A DNA stretch of 64,000 bases from Camelus dromedarius (GCF_036321535.1 NC_087436.1:95916001-95980000), one strand, 5' to 3'; numbered from the stretch's first letter, positions 26,360-39,009 are shown. A program made the numbers and translations. Notes: generated by a model not told the origin, from the letters alone.

Positions 26360-26504
26360 TTTTTTAATTAAATTTTTTTTTTTAATTTTGAGGGTAATTA
26401 GGTTTCCATATTTATTTATTTTTAGAAGAGATACTGGGGACTGAATCTAGGACCCTGTATATGCTAGGCATGAGCTCTACCACTCGAGCTATACCCTCCC
26501 CCCT
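26360..26504 (-). mobile_element. vic-1-like SINE, long form
   Basis: tRNA-like head. TSD aatgtagtattcttt (26345-26359) / aatgtggtagtcttt (26506-26520). Confidence 0.88.
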
Positions 26505-26929
26505 GAATGTGGTAGTCTTTTGCCTTATGGTTTGGGCTTTTTGTATCTCCTAAAGAACCCCTTCTCTACCATGATATCATAGAGACAATTTCCTACAATT
26601 AACTTCTAGAATTTTTTAAAGTGTTGTTCATATTTAGATCCTGAATCCAACTGCGATTTACTTTTCCACATAGTTTTGAATATGGTTTGAGGTAGGGATC
26701 TAATTTTAGGTTTTCCATCTGGATAGCCAATTGTTCCAGAATTTTCTACTCAGGAGTGCTTTCCTTACAGACTTATGGTGCCACATTGGTCATATACCAA
26801 TTTCTTCTATATACATGTGCTTATTTATTATTTCCTTCCATTAGTTTATTTGTCCATCTCTTTGTCAAATTTATTTACCGTATCTTTATAAAATCCTAGT
26901 ATTTGGCAGCACAATTCCCCTCTTCCTAT

Positions 26930-27427
26930 TGTTATGAACTGTGAAGAGTCTGAGACTTGATCTGTTTGCAAGCTAAGTTAGCCTGTCACTGACTCACGAA
27001 TACAAGTAGGAGACATTTGAGGCTGGTGAGTCAGAAGCAGAGGACTTCATTGCTCACGGCACAGCAGGCAGCATAAACTTCATGTTCACCTCAGTAACTC
27101 TTGCCCTCAAGTCCCAAGTGTGATGCGGAAGAGCTGAGATGAATTCTGCACATGTCACTGTGAGGAACCCATGCCTGGGAAACCCCAAACTTTAAAGGGG
27201 GATGCTAGCAAACTTGCCTGTCCTTTTCCTCAGACGGAGATGCTTCTTAAATATCCTGGACATCAAACAAATCTTACCCATGCCCTGGAAAGGAACACCA
27301 TCTCTATCTTCCAAAGCTATTTGCTATACAAACATCTTTGAAAAGATAGTCAGGAAAAAAATCTGTCAGAGCATCTGCTGAGGAGATGTGCAGGAATGCG
27401 AGACCAACAGAGCATTCTCTCCCAACA
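26930..27427 (-). mobile_element. ERVL solo LTR (LTR40-like) inside an old minus-strand L1
   Basis: Reverse complement begins TGTTGGGAGAGAATGCTCTG...CTCGCATTCCTGCACATC; TG...CA termini. Confidence 0.75.
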
Positions 27428-27599
27428 TTATTTCTCCTTCAGTATTATTTTGTTTATTGTTACCCTTTACTCTTTCATATCAATTTTAAGATCAACTGGT
27501 TAGTTGTTTGGGTAGCACTATGTCACTAGATATAAATTTATAAAAATCTTTTTGAAATGTATTATTTACACATAAATAGTATCTTATGATTAATTAATA

Positions 27600-30190
27600 A
27601 CTGGAATTATAGACATGCAAGGCAATTAACCATTAAAAGAAAGATCACAAAACAGAAAAAAAAATAGGTAAAAGCAAACCCAACAGAAACAAAACAGTGA
27701 AACTCCTGGGACCTTGCAGAAATAAGTATAAAATCGCTTTGTCATAACATTTTTATAACGTAGGGCACAAGGGACTCCCACAAATGAAAAGAAATAAAAA
27801 CAGAAGGAAAAAAAAAGCCCACTGCTGAAAAGAAAAACAAGCAAATTCACCAACATGAGAAAACAATCCACTGTGTTGGCCAGTCAACCCACGCGACAAA
27901 CTGGAAAATGGCATCTCAAGCACTTTACAGAACAAGCTGAGAGACTAAAGCCAGCATAGTAACAGTTATTCATAAACAAAAACCAAAAATGGGAACCAAG
28001 AAGATGGAATGGGACACTAATAGTAAAGAAAAGGTAGATTTGAAAAGACATCAAATAGAACTTCTAGAAGTTTTTAAAAAAGAAACAACACTGAAATTTG
28101 AAATTCCAAAGAAGGCTTGAATAGCAAATTAGAAAAAGCTAACTAGAGATTAGTGAATGGGAAGATAGTTCCAGTTCCCGCTGAGAAGGCAAGGCAGAGA
28201 TAAAGAAATGGGAAACAGTGACTATAGAAACCTCATATCATACTGAAATGGCAAAACACCAAAGAGCAAAAAAAAAAAAGTCTTGAAAGTGATCAAATAT
28301 TGAGCAAAAAATACAATCGCACTTATATGAAGTTCAAGAGCAGGAGACACGAATCCATGGTGCCAGCTGTTAAATAGTGGTTCTCTCTGGGGGTTGAAGG
28401 GAAAAGGGTCCCAATCGAAAAGGGCATGAGGGTACCTTTGAGATACTGAACACAGTTTATATCCTTATGTTTTGATCGAAGTATAAAATCTGAAAAGTCA
28501 CTGAGCTGCACATTTAAGATTTTGTGCAATTTATTTACAAGTATTTTACTCGAGAATAAAAACACGATTTAAAAAAGCAATCAGAAATTAAAAAAAAAAA
28601 ACAAAAACTGTCTTCAAAGAGATGACAGCTAAATAACAGCGTACTTGTGGTCCTAAGCTAAAAAGGTCAGAATATAATTCAACTGTGACTTCAAAGTGCT
28701 AGGAAAAATAAACATCAACTTAGAGCTACCTGGCAGAACTATTACCGATGAGTGAGGGCGACTAATGAGATTTTCAGGCCAAGACTAAAAACAGCCTCTA
28801 AAATATGTGCTTCGGCAAGAAGGGTTAGGACAGATGAATCAAAGTAGCAAAGAGTTGGTGAACCTACATTGGCATTAACTTTCACAAATCACAATTTTGA
28901 TGAGGTGATGAATCTTCACTAAACTTATTGTGGTAATCACTTCAGTATGAATGTAAATCAAATCATTATGCATGTAAATCAAATCATTATGCTATACACC
29001 TTAAACCTATACAGTCCTGTACATCAATCACATCTCAGTAAAACAGGAAAAATTTAAAAAACTAACTAATTCTTAAGGGTTTTAAAACTTAGGTGGATTA
29101 TCTCACAGATACACTCTCATGTGAAATGATCCGTGCCCAGGTTATTCACTGCTGCGTTGTTTAAAAGAGCACAAATTAGCAACAACATCAATATTCATCA
29201 GTAGGGGAAATGATTACCTAGATTGCATTACATCCATACATTGGAATATTATTTGGCCATCAAAATATATTTCCAAGTGTGATATAGAATAGACTTATTT
29301 CTACATGAGTCAGATTTTTCTTTATTAACAACTGCAAATGTCAGTGGGTTATAACAATGAATGTGGATTTCTCAAAAGCTCCATCTACAGAGAAAGCAGT
29401 GAATAATTGTAAACATTAAAACACTTTTTCACAACTGGTAAGTGAAAAAAGCAGAGTGTAGAACAGTGTGTACAGCATCCTACCATTTGGATAAAATAAA
29501 TCAAAATAAAAGACTCTATTACGTCATTGTTTTATATACAAGATCTTTGGAAGAATACAACTGAAACTGGCAAAGATGATTGCCTTCATGCATAGGACCC
29601 GAGTGGCTGTGAATAATGGTAGACTAGAGATAATTCACTGTCTATATACCTTTTGCACATTTTGAATTTTCTTCCACTTGAATGTACTATCTAAGCAAAA
29701 ATTAAATTTTCAGTATAAATAATACTGGGTAGAGGTTAGAGATACTAACTTTAGACGTGATTAAGAAAATATGTTAAGATTCTAAGAGTAACTACAAAAA
29801 AAAAATAGAAACTGAATGTACAACTAAAATGCCACAGGAAACAAAGAGGGGTAAAAAAATTATCTTGAACACTTTAAACATATTTAAGAGCCATTTGTGT
29901 TTCCTTTTCTGGGGACTATCTTTCTTTATCATTTGCCCTGTTTTCTATTGGGTTGTTGATCTTTTTTGTCATTAATATCTAGGGGCTGTTTGTACATTAG
30001 GAAGTGAAGCCCTTCGTGATAAAAGTTGCAAACATTTTTGCCCAGTTTATCATTGGGCAAAAGATTTTATTTTATGTAGGCAAATTTTTCAATTCTTTCT
30101 TTATAACTTGAGTCATGGTTAGAAAGATTACACTCCAAGATTACAAAATAATTAATCCATATTTTCTTCAATAATTCCCATAGGTCCTGT
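27600..30190. mobile_element. Cluster of old L1M fragments (ORF1-like, 3' ends, antisense ORF2 piece)
   Basis: A-rich L1-like tracts, e.g. caaatagaacttctagaa, tacaccttaaacctatacagt, and T-rich reversed ORF2 at ~29870-30190. Boundaries approximate. Confidence 0.55.
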
Positions 30191-31009
30191 GTGAGTCTCA
30201 TTTCCCCAAACTTTTATCTCCTTATAGGTAGGAACAATAATGCGTCCACATGCAGGTCATCCACGGGGCATAGTCCCCCATGTGTATTTTCTCCAACAGG
30301 TGATACTTTTCTGCTGACAATGTTAGATTTCTCTCTGATCATCAATTAGTGTCCTCTATGATCTAAGACAATCGAAACACCACTAGCAAGTATTCTGCAA
30401 CAAATGAATGGATTTCATCCCCATTACAAATAAGGGAATTGAGGTTTAGAGATGCTAAGAAATTTGCCCAACATCACATAGTTAGAAAGTAAGGGAGTTG
30501 GAACTGAAAGTCAGGTGGTCTGGCTTTAGAGCCCATAACCGGAACCCAGTGAATTGTAGCTGGCACATCCTAGAAATGATACCGTTGTTTTTGTTTTTGT
30601 TTTTTTTTTTTTTTCCTTTTAAAAATTACTGTCACCATCTGGGAAATGAGGGCAGCAAAAAGATACTGATTTTTTAAAAACAGAGCTGCAAACACTGAAT
30701 GGGCAATTATGAAACATGGTTTATTAATCTAATGTGTTCATTTCCAAAGACAGTAATACTTAACACATTGCAGTTTATGAGGTGTTCTTACCAACGTCAT
30801 CTCTTGCCATTCTTTCAACAAGGATGTACGTTAGCTGTTAAAGTAGTGTTTGTCCTATACTAGAATGAGAGGGAAAATTATACACACACACAATATTATT
30901 CATTGCTATGTTATGTTAGCAAAAAATTGGAAACCTCTTAAAGGTCCTTCCTCTAACTAGGGGGTAAAAGGCAGATGTAGAACAGAATTGTCTAGTATGC
31001 AACCATTTG

Positions 31010-32229
31010 TTTGCAAATGCAGGCTATTTCAACTTCTTCATCTTTTTGATTTTTCTAAATTCAGAAAATGGCCTAGGTAAGATTCTCCCAAATAAAGCAG
31101 ATACTTTGGCCACGAACTTGGGGTCTGTTTTCTCCACAAGTTCAGTCCATTCAACTGTAACTGCATTTTTCTATTCATTTAAGTTTCCACTCATCAGTCA
31201 AGTCAGCCTTTGACTTGTGTTGCTAACTGGTGATTCTCAAAGAAGCAGAACTCTCTCATCTTTTTTCTGTTACTGAAGATCGAGATGATATTGATGGCAG
31301 AGAGTAAATGATAAGCACCCTCGACCAAACTCTAGGTGACTTCCCAGACTTCTTTTAGAATCTTTTTCTTTATCTCATTTTGTGAAATTGGTTTTTGTTG
31401 CTTGCCACAGAAATCTGTACTCCAGAACAAATTTCATGGCATCATGTAATTTAACAGTTTTCTGTCCAGCATCCTTCTCACAGAAGTTGCTAAATGCATA
31501 CTCTCTGAAGAGACATAGGATGTAGATCTCAAATGAGACCATCCTTCTCAAAGAGCCACACGAACTCAACCTCATTTAAATCTCTTGAGATCTTAACAAA
31601 GATTTTTGTTCCCATTCGGGGTTGCATACCAGAGCACATGCAGTCTGAAGGGAGATGGTCCTCTTTCCGCTGCCTTGTGCTTACATCCACCATGCAGTTG
31701 GTCCACTCAAGCAAAGCCTGCATCAGCTCTCTGTGGATTCTTGCACCTGGCTCACATTTCTCCGATTGTTGGTCTTCATAACTTGACACAAAAATGTAAT
31801 TTTGTTCCAGAACCAGCAAATATTCAATTAAAAGGAATCACCAAGAACCTAGTGCATCAAATCCCTTTCTTTGAACTCACCCTGAGCCCAAGAGAGCTCT
31901 GTAAGAGCATTGGGTAAGCTGTCATCAAGGTTACTGTGAGCTATGAGTGAGTTCTGACTGAAATAGCTCATCAGCTCCTACCGCCCCCTCCTGTGGGAGG
32001 TCTGCCTCCAGCTGTCTTGCAGGATTGTGTAAGGACACTGGATACATTGATTCATCCCTCTTTTTTGGGGGCGGGTGTTACTTATTTTTCTAGCGGAGGT
32101 GCTGGGGATTGAACCCAGGACCTTGTGCATGATAGGCACGCACTCTACCACTAAGCTATACCCTCCCCCTGATTCATCCCTCTTTTTAATGAAGCCCTAT
32201 TGCCATTTACCTGATTCCCCTTTTATTAT
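31010..32229 (-). pseudogene. Decayed intronless retrocopy of HNRNPR (hnRNP R/Q family), N-terminus to mid-RRM3, interrupted by a SINE
   Basis: Colinear fragments across frames: NQVNGN, LEADLPQEGAVGADELFQS, IAHSNLDD, EFKERDLMH, FLCQVMKT, VQEST, ALLEWTNCMVDVSTRQRK, SGMQPRMGTKIFV-KISRDLNEVEFVWLFEKDGLI*DL, EYAFSNFCEKDAGQKTVKL, AVTVEWTELVEKTDPKFVAKVSALF, FSEFRKIKKMKKLK*PAF. These match recalled HNRNPR segments. Many stops and frameshifts; start codon reads AGG. Confidence 0.88.
32066..32169 (-). mobile_element. vic-1-like SINE inserted in the HNRNPR retrocopy
   Basis: Perfect TSD tgattcatccctcttttt at 32048-32065 and 32170-32187. Confidence 0.92.
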
Positions 32230-34942
32230 ACAGCACAGAGCAGGAGTGGGCAAACTGACAGATGGTAACTAGTCCATGGGACTTGGAAAACAACTAGACA
32301 TGGTGGGAGTGCCGTCACTCCCCAACTCCTATCAAAAGAATTCAAACCTGTATCAGATCACACTTCTCCATCTTCCATACCGCTTTACAGGACATGTAAG
32401 GCATAGGGAAATATGTGAAACACACCATGAGGAGGCAGCCAGCAAAATTCAAAATGTGGGAAACCCTACAGGACAAACCATTTGGTTGTTTGGAATACAT
32501 TTAAGAAGGAAAAGAAAAAAATACGAATTTATAGATTAAGAGAGATTTTAAGAGACCTATCAACCAAGAGCAGTAACTGGATACTATTTGACCCCTGATT
32601 CAAGCAGAGTAAACAACACATATGAGACAAATGGAGAGATTGGCACACTGACTGGATAACCGATGACATGCTTCAGAATTGCCCTGTAGATGGACGGAGA
32701 CCAAGGGAGATTTAGATGTAACAGGATTAGCCGTGAATGGAGTATTTGCTATAGCTGAGTGACGGGTACTTGGGGGCCATTGTACTAGGCTTTGTATGTT
32801 TGAAATTCTCCCTAAGTTTAAAAAGGAAAAGGTGCAAGTCAAATAGTAAAGTCATTGGAGGTTCTGTGTAGGTGTTTTGGAGTGGTGTCCAGAGAAGACT
32901 GGAGGGGAACTAACTGAATAGGAAAAAGTGATTTCGGGCTGGGCTACACTCAACGTGATTTGAGGATATCTGAGAAGGACAGTCCTAGGAGGCAGGTGTT
33001 AATACAGAGTTGGAACTCGGGAGGGAAGTCTAGTCCTACACTAGGGCCATTACAGCCTCGAGCATAAAGACGCTTTCAGAGGGCAGAGGGTCGATGATTC
33101 CACCTCAGGGAATGAACTGACAGTGTTCAGAAGGGAAAAATAACAAGGAAGCCTGCTGAATCAGCAAAGGAGGTAATTTCCTCAAGCCTCCACCGAAAGT
33201 TTACTTATGTTTTAGGAACACTTATTAGATCTGGAGCTACACCTCACTCTTGCCACCTAGAAATTAAAAAAAAATAGTTAAGGTGAAATAGTTTAGAACA
33301 ATGCACTTTAAGGATGCAACCAGGCCTTGTCATCTCTGTAAACTGGCACCCTAGCTTCCCTTTGGAAGTTGCACGATGCTATTTTGAAATAGTTTCAAAT
33401 GTTTAATCTGACCTGGAGCTGGCTCTTGGGTCTTGTGTCCCCAAGTCAATTCTGAACCAAGTTTGCACCAAACACCAACGTGGCTTTCACTGGATGTGAA
33501 CAGGAAGTGGCTAGCTGTTTCGCAAACTTTCACTTCAGGGACCTACGCAAGGAAGCCAGGTCACCAGAAACCAGTTCCCCCAACACTGCTCTCCACCCTG
33601 GTCATTACGCGCTCACGTCAGGGGCCACCTCACCTCTCCAGACAGCTGTTTCTCTTCCAGTGAATCTGAGCAGTTACTGCCCTTGATTACATGGACAAGT
33701 TTTCAGAAGTGATGTTATTTTAAACTTCCTGTCTGTGATGTCTTGCTTTCCATAGTTGAGTTACTCTCCGTAAGTATGCTTGTAGCAAGGATGGAACAAG
33801 GGATGATGTAGGAAAATGGCATGCAAATAGCCTCCCAGAGTCAAATGGTTTTGAACAAAAAGGTTAGGAATTTGAATATGATGTTCTTGAAAAAGTCAAG
33901 TCCAAGAGGAGACATCACAGTACTGCTTGCCCATAGTTCAAATACTTGCTGACTGCAATGCAGCAATCTTCTGTGTCCATGTGGATTTCCTCTGCCAGAT
34001 TAAGTTGTGAGATCACAAATGCATGTTCATTACCAGTACCAGAAAAGTGCCTGGCTCACAGCACAATTCAAGCATGAGTCAGTCAGTGAACACACGAGCG
34101 AACGCACAAATAGCTCTGAGGAGGCAGTCTTCTAGGAAGTAGAAACTGTAAATACGATTTAGATGCCATTCTTTCAAAATCCCTTCAAAGTAGGATAGAC
34201 ACATTTGTTTCGTCACTTAAAGCATTTATTTTAAAAACCATGTTTCCAATGTTACTAAATAACAATACCTTCCCTTAATAGCATGATGATTGACTTAAAT
34301 TGATGAGATAAAATGAGAGGTACTGTCAATGTTTCTTGAAGGAAAGAGCAGCTGTTATTTCATAGGGACACCATGAATAAAAAAACCATACAGGATGGCC
34401 TGCATTTATTTCCTCCTGCAAGTCAGTCTCTCAGAATGAACTTGTGATGTGTTCTTTCTAGGCACCAAGAGACAACGGGCTGCCACCTCTACATTCAAAT
34501 CAGACAGTCTTTCCCAAAAAGGTTTAGCGATGAGAAGGCAGAGAGCGCTGTCAGGCCCCCACAGAACATTCCCCTGGCATCTGCATGTCACGTGGCTCCG
34601 CCTTCCTCAGCCCCCATTTCAGCACCTCCTCCCTTTGCGCTGCAAGGCAAGGTGGGCTATGAACTCAAGGCTGCCTGTCTCTTTGGTACAAAGCGTTTTT
34701 CTCCCATCTCAGATGTTAGGTCTTATAAGAGGGCTAGTTAAGCATTACACCAAAGAGAACTGCCAATAATTTATTATTGCTGACGGTTCCGTTAATGGGT
34801 TTTTATATAATTTAAAGACCCGCAGCATGAAATGGCCTCAGAGACCATTTAGTAAAATCTCTTCATTCTTGGCCTCAGAGACCATTTAGTAAAATCTCTT
34901 CATTCTAACGACAAAATTATCCTTCATTCTAATGACAAAATT

Positions 34943-35345
34943 ATCACGCAAAGCCTATAGTTTACATTACGGTTCACTCTTGCTGTTGTACATTTTGTGG
35001 ATTAGGACAAATGTATAATGACATGGATTCATTATTACAGTATCATACATAAAAGTTTTTTTACTGACATAAAAATCCTCTGTGCTCTGCCTGTTCATCC
35101 CTCCCTCCCCCTTAAGCCCTGGCAATCACTGATCCTTTTTCTTGTCTCCAGAGTTTAGAGGATAACAACGTGTTAATTTAGGTTCATCAGTAGTAACAAA
35201 TGCACCACTCTAGTCGGGGGGTGTTGATAAGGGGGGAGGCTGTGCCTGTGCGGGGGAAGGGAGGATATGGGAAATCTCTGTATCTTCCTCTCAATTTTTC
35301 TGTGAACCTAGAACTACCTTACAAAATTAACAAAGTCTTTAAAAA
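34943..35345. mobile_element. L1MC-type 3' end with 5' inversion, inserted in a MIR
   Basis: 34943-35156 is minus-strand L1 3'UTR; ~35161-35345 is the plus-strand continuation ending in an A-tail. TSD aatgacaaaatt / aataacaaaatt. Confidence 0.75.
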
Positions 35346-35949
35346 ATAACAAAATTGAGACTGAGAGGTTAGGTGACCTGACCATGGTCACAGAGCTGGT
35401 TCAGAATGGACCAAGATTAGATAGAATGCTGGGGCCTTCTCTTGCAAGTTTTACACACCACATGTTGCTACCCTGCTTCCCATAATAACAAGAAAAAGTT
35501 GAAGAAATAGTGAGAAATACAGGAGGCTCTCCTCTAGGTCCAACTGAATGGCTCATGTGAGTGGCAGAGAAGTGGCGGAGGCCCTGAAGTTTACATCTGG
35601 GTTCCGTTTTTACCATCTCTCCTCCTCCCTCTCCCACCACACGTGCCAGCACCTCTAGGCTTTTGCTAATGCTGTGCTCTGTGCCCACAAGACATTCCCC
35701 TCCATCTCCAGGTGCTGGTTACTCCTCTGGGCAGAATGAATCCCTCTCTCACAATTCTCAAGCCTGAGTCCTTTGCAAATGACTCTGTTACAGAATCTGT
35801 ACTCTAGTTACTCACTAGCCCCCCAGTTAGACCCTGAGCTCCATCAAGCAGGACTGGGTCTTAATCACCTTCACATTTCCAGAAACAAACTCTGTCATGG
35901 GGTAGTTTTTGTGCTAAAAAAAAATGTCTGGAGAAAGGCCAAAGATCTA

Positions 35950-37214
35950 ACATTTCTTTTTTCCAGAGTACAGTTTAAGACTAGAAGACATTATCAAACA
36001 AAAATAAATATGGCTTCTACAACGAAGCAGCCGACTGACTATACTGAATGTTGTAGATGTAAGAGTTCTGGGAGGGCGCACACGGTGTGTCAGTGGGGTA
36101 TACAAATATTCTTTCCTTTACATTAGAAACATAATTGTCAATAGTACTGTAATTTTTCCTCGTTCTGAAACTGTTAATAACCATTTAAGTTAATAATAAT
36201 GGGCAATCATTTCCTTGAAAAATAAAAAAAAATCACATACAATATAAAAAGTATATAAAGAACACTTTGGTCCTAGGTCATGGGTACTCAGTGGGCATCA
36301 TTCTGGAAGGTTATAAGGCCATCAGTTAGGAGGGTAGAAGGCACGGATTAAATAATGAACCTGGAAAAGTCTGGTTTTACAGTGTGATAACATAAGACAA
36401 AAAGGCAAAAAGAAAAATCAAGGTCAGGTAGTTACTGCAGTTACTTCTTGCTGCCTTTGGACTAAGAATTACATTAAGTTGTGCTAACGCAAAAAACCGC
36501 AATAATCTACTCTGCAAGTTTCACATAACCAACTGTTTGATTCAAGATTTAAAGAGATAAAAGGAATGTTAACATACTGAACATAGATTGTTAAGCTATT
36601 TTTCCCTAGCACATACATGATGTACAATGGTGCATTATTAGAACTAAAAAGTTTTAAATCAAAAAACCTTATCTTTTTAAAGTATCTTCTGCTCCACTTT
36701 AAAGGTTCCTGTAAATTGTATTTTCCCTAAACACAACATTTGATCTGTTCATTCACTAATTTTATAAGCAAATGATCAAAATGTAAATATACATATATGT
36801 AAAAGTGGCTACCCTAGATAAGACAGCCCAGAATTTAGTAACTGTATAGGCTTTCTGGCTATTTCAATTATACATAAAATGGATTTTAGAAAAGAAACAT
36901 ATTTGGTATTTATTCTAATGAAAGTATATTAATTATGATATATTTTTGAAAGTTATTTTTAAAATCTTCATTTTTAAAATTCAGATGCTGCTCAGGCTCA
37001 GCCTTTTAGTAGGAATGTTGGCTTATTAGATTTGGTCATCTTTCTTTATTTGCCTTAAAGTTCCAACATAAAACAAGGAGGAATGTAGTTCTATTACAAA
37101 AATATAAATACTTGTAGCAATAGCTTAAATTATTTGGCCCTCGAAAATACTGCTTAAGAAATCAAGCTCAGCTTCATTGTAGGTAAACACAATCATGTCC
37201 AAGGCTGGGATATT
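35950..37214 (-). other. PGM2: PGM2 3'UTR (3' end uncertain)
   Basis: AT-rich, repeat-poor sequence after the stop. Minus-strand AATAAA at 37045-37050 and 36909-36914. Confidence 0.5.
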
Positions 37215-37317
37215 TCACTCTCCTTTTGGCTGCAGGTTATACTTTTGTGGCTGGAAAAAATGTTCTTCAATAGCACTGACTAGTTCATTTAGTTCTCTCT
37301 TCAGCTGCTCAGGATCA
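37215..37317 (-). CDS. PGM2: PGM2 exon 14, coding part ending in TGA
   Basis: DPEQLKRELNELVSAIEEHFFQPQKYNLQPKGE*; ttgcag| acceptor; stop at 37217-37215. Exons 3-14 total 1590 nt in one frame. Confidence 0.95.
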
Positions 37318-37730
37318 CTGCAAAATAAGGCGGAAGAAATTCCAGATCAGTGGATTATTCCAAAGCTTAAAGACTCCCCACACAGACCAAGTAGCATTGA
37401 TATTTAACCATGAGTGGAGGGCTAAATCAGACAAAACTCCAACTACTTAAGCATGGGAATGTATCTGGTGACGCGGACAAAAAGCCCCATGAAACAATAT
37501 TATTCTCCCCAAAGTACTATAAACAAAACCATCCCTTTGCACTTCTCGTAAGAATTTTTAAGAAACACAATTTGTGGCCTGGCATCTGTAAAAGCTCTGC
37601 AATGTCTATACCTAACAGAGCTGAGACAATTTTCACGACTCCAGGTGTCATTAAATCCTGCTAAACTTTTACAAATGACATCCCCAGCGTGTCCTCGGTC
37701 TCCCAGGATACGGATGTTCCTGATCCTGTT

Positions 37731-37862
37731 GTTTGTTTTGGTGGTGGTGGGAGTGTCATTAGGCTTATGTATTTATTTATTTTTACTGGAAGTCCTGGGG
37801 CTTGAACCCAGGGCCTCGTGCATGCTAAGCATGTACTCTACCACTGAGCTATCCCCTCCCCA
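37731..37862 (-). mobile_element. vic-1-like SINE, long form (PGM2 intron 13)
   Basis: TSD ttcctgatcctgtt (37717-37730) / ttcctgaccctgtt (37863-37876). Confidence 0.9.
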
Positions 37863-39009
37863 TTCCTGACCCTGTTTGTCTTCGACTACTGGAACCTAGG
37901 CGACAGCTCCTGGTAAGGCCTTCCTAGGACGGAGATGGGGAGCCTCCTAGTGGGCTTGCTGGTCACTCAGCTGGAACTCAGACTCCCTGTTTATCTTTTT
38001 TATTCTATCTCAGGAACAAAAATCTATATAACAAAATCTGTATAAACAAAAATCTAGGGGGCTAGACTCCTTTAAGGAAATCAAGTTCTCAAGCATGTGG
38101 AAAACATTCATTTATATGCAAACAATTGGAATAAAACAGACTGGTAGTGAGGGAGGTGTCTAATTCATTAGGCTACTAGTGTGATGTGAGTTACTATGAT
38201 ACCTAAAATCAAAAAGCTGAATGAAAATACTAACTCCTTCCATTCAAACTTTCATTACTTCATACTTCACCATCTTTAATATATACAAACTCAATTTTAA
38301 TGGAAAGGGCAATCCCTGTAAATCATTAAGATCATTTTTGTACTGTAATAGTTAACCAGTACCACTAAAACAATCGTTTTATTATCAACATTAATTCTGG
38401 CTTGACTACTTACTGCCTGTGTGCCCTTGGGCAAGTGACTTACCTTCTCAAAGTCCCAGATTCTTCATTTGTAAAACTGAGATAAAGTCTTTATCTTCTC
38501 AAGAGAGTTGTTGTATAGGTTGAGATAAATTATATAAAGCAATTAGCACAGAACCTGGCCCAAAAACCTCAATAAATGTAGCTATCATTGTAATTATTTT
38601 TTATCCCCATTGGTAACATATAAAGTAATTATGCTTCATAAATATATATGAATCACACAGGTCTTTTCCCCCTTCTCCATAAATATGCTTTGAAGAAAAT
38701 AACAGTTCTGAGGAAAGCACTTAACTAAAATTACTTTTTTTTTTAAAAACCCAATATACATAACAGTAAAACTCATCAATGAATTTACTTTGTATCTCCT
38801 GCTGGTTTTGTTTCTTTATTAGAACCCTGCCTGATATAATTATTACCTAAATCTTATAGTAGAAGAACATCCTTGTTCTTAGGAGATGAGTACTGAAGCC
38901 TATGACTTACTTTCAAATGGCTCAGAAAACAAACAAAAAAACAAACCCAAATCTATAATATATATGGTGAGGAGAGCAAATATTGAAAAATGTCAGCAAT
39001 TGCTGAGAC

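Noticed and set aside
7315..27427. Two same-orientation LTR40-like LTRs as the ends of one provirus
   Set aside because: About 19 kb apart, very divergent from each other, with the TBC1D1 promoter and no gag/pol between them; independent solo LTRs.
34833..34945. CRISPR-like 37-bp direct repeats
   Set aside because: Only two abutting copies with no spacers, in mammalian DNA; a simple tandem duplication.
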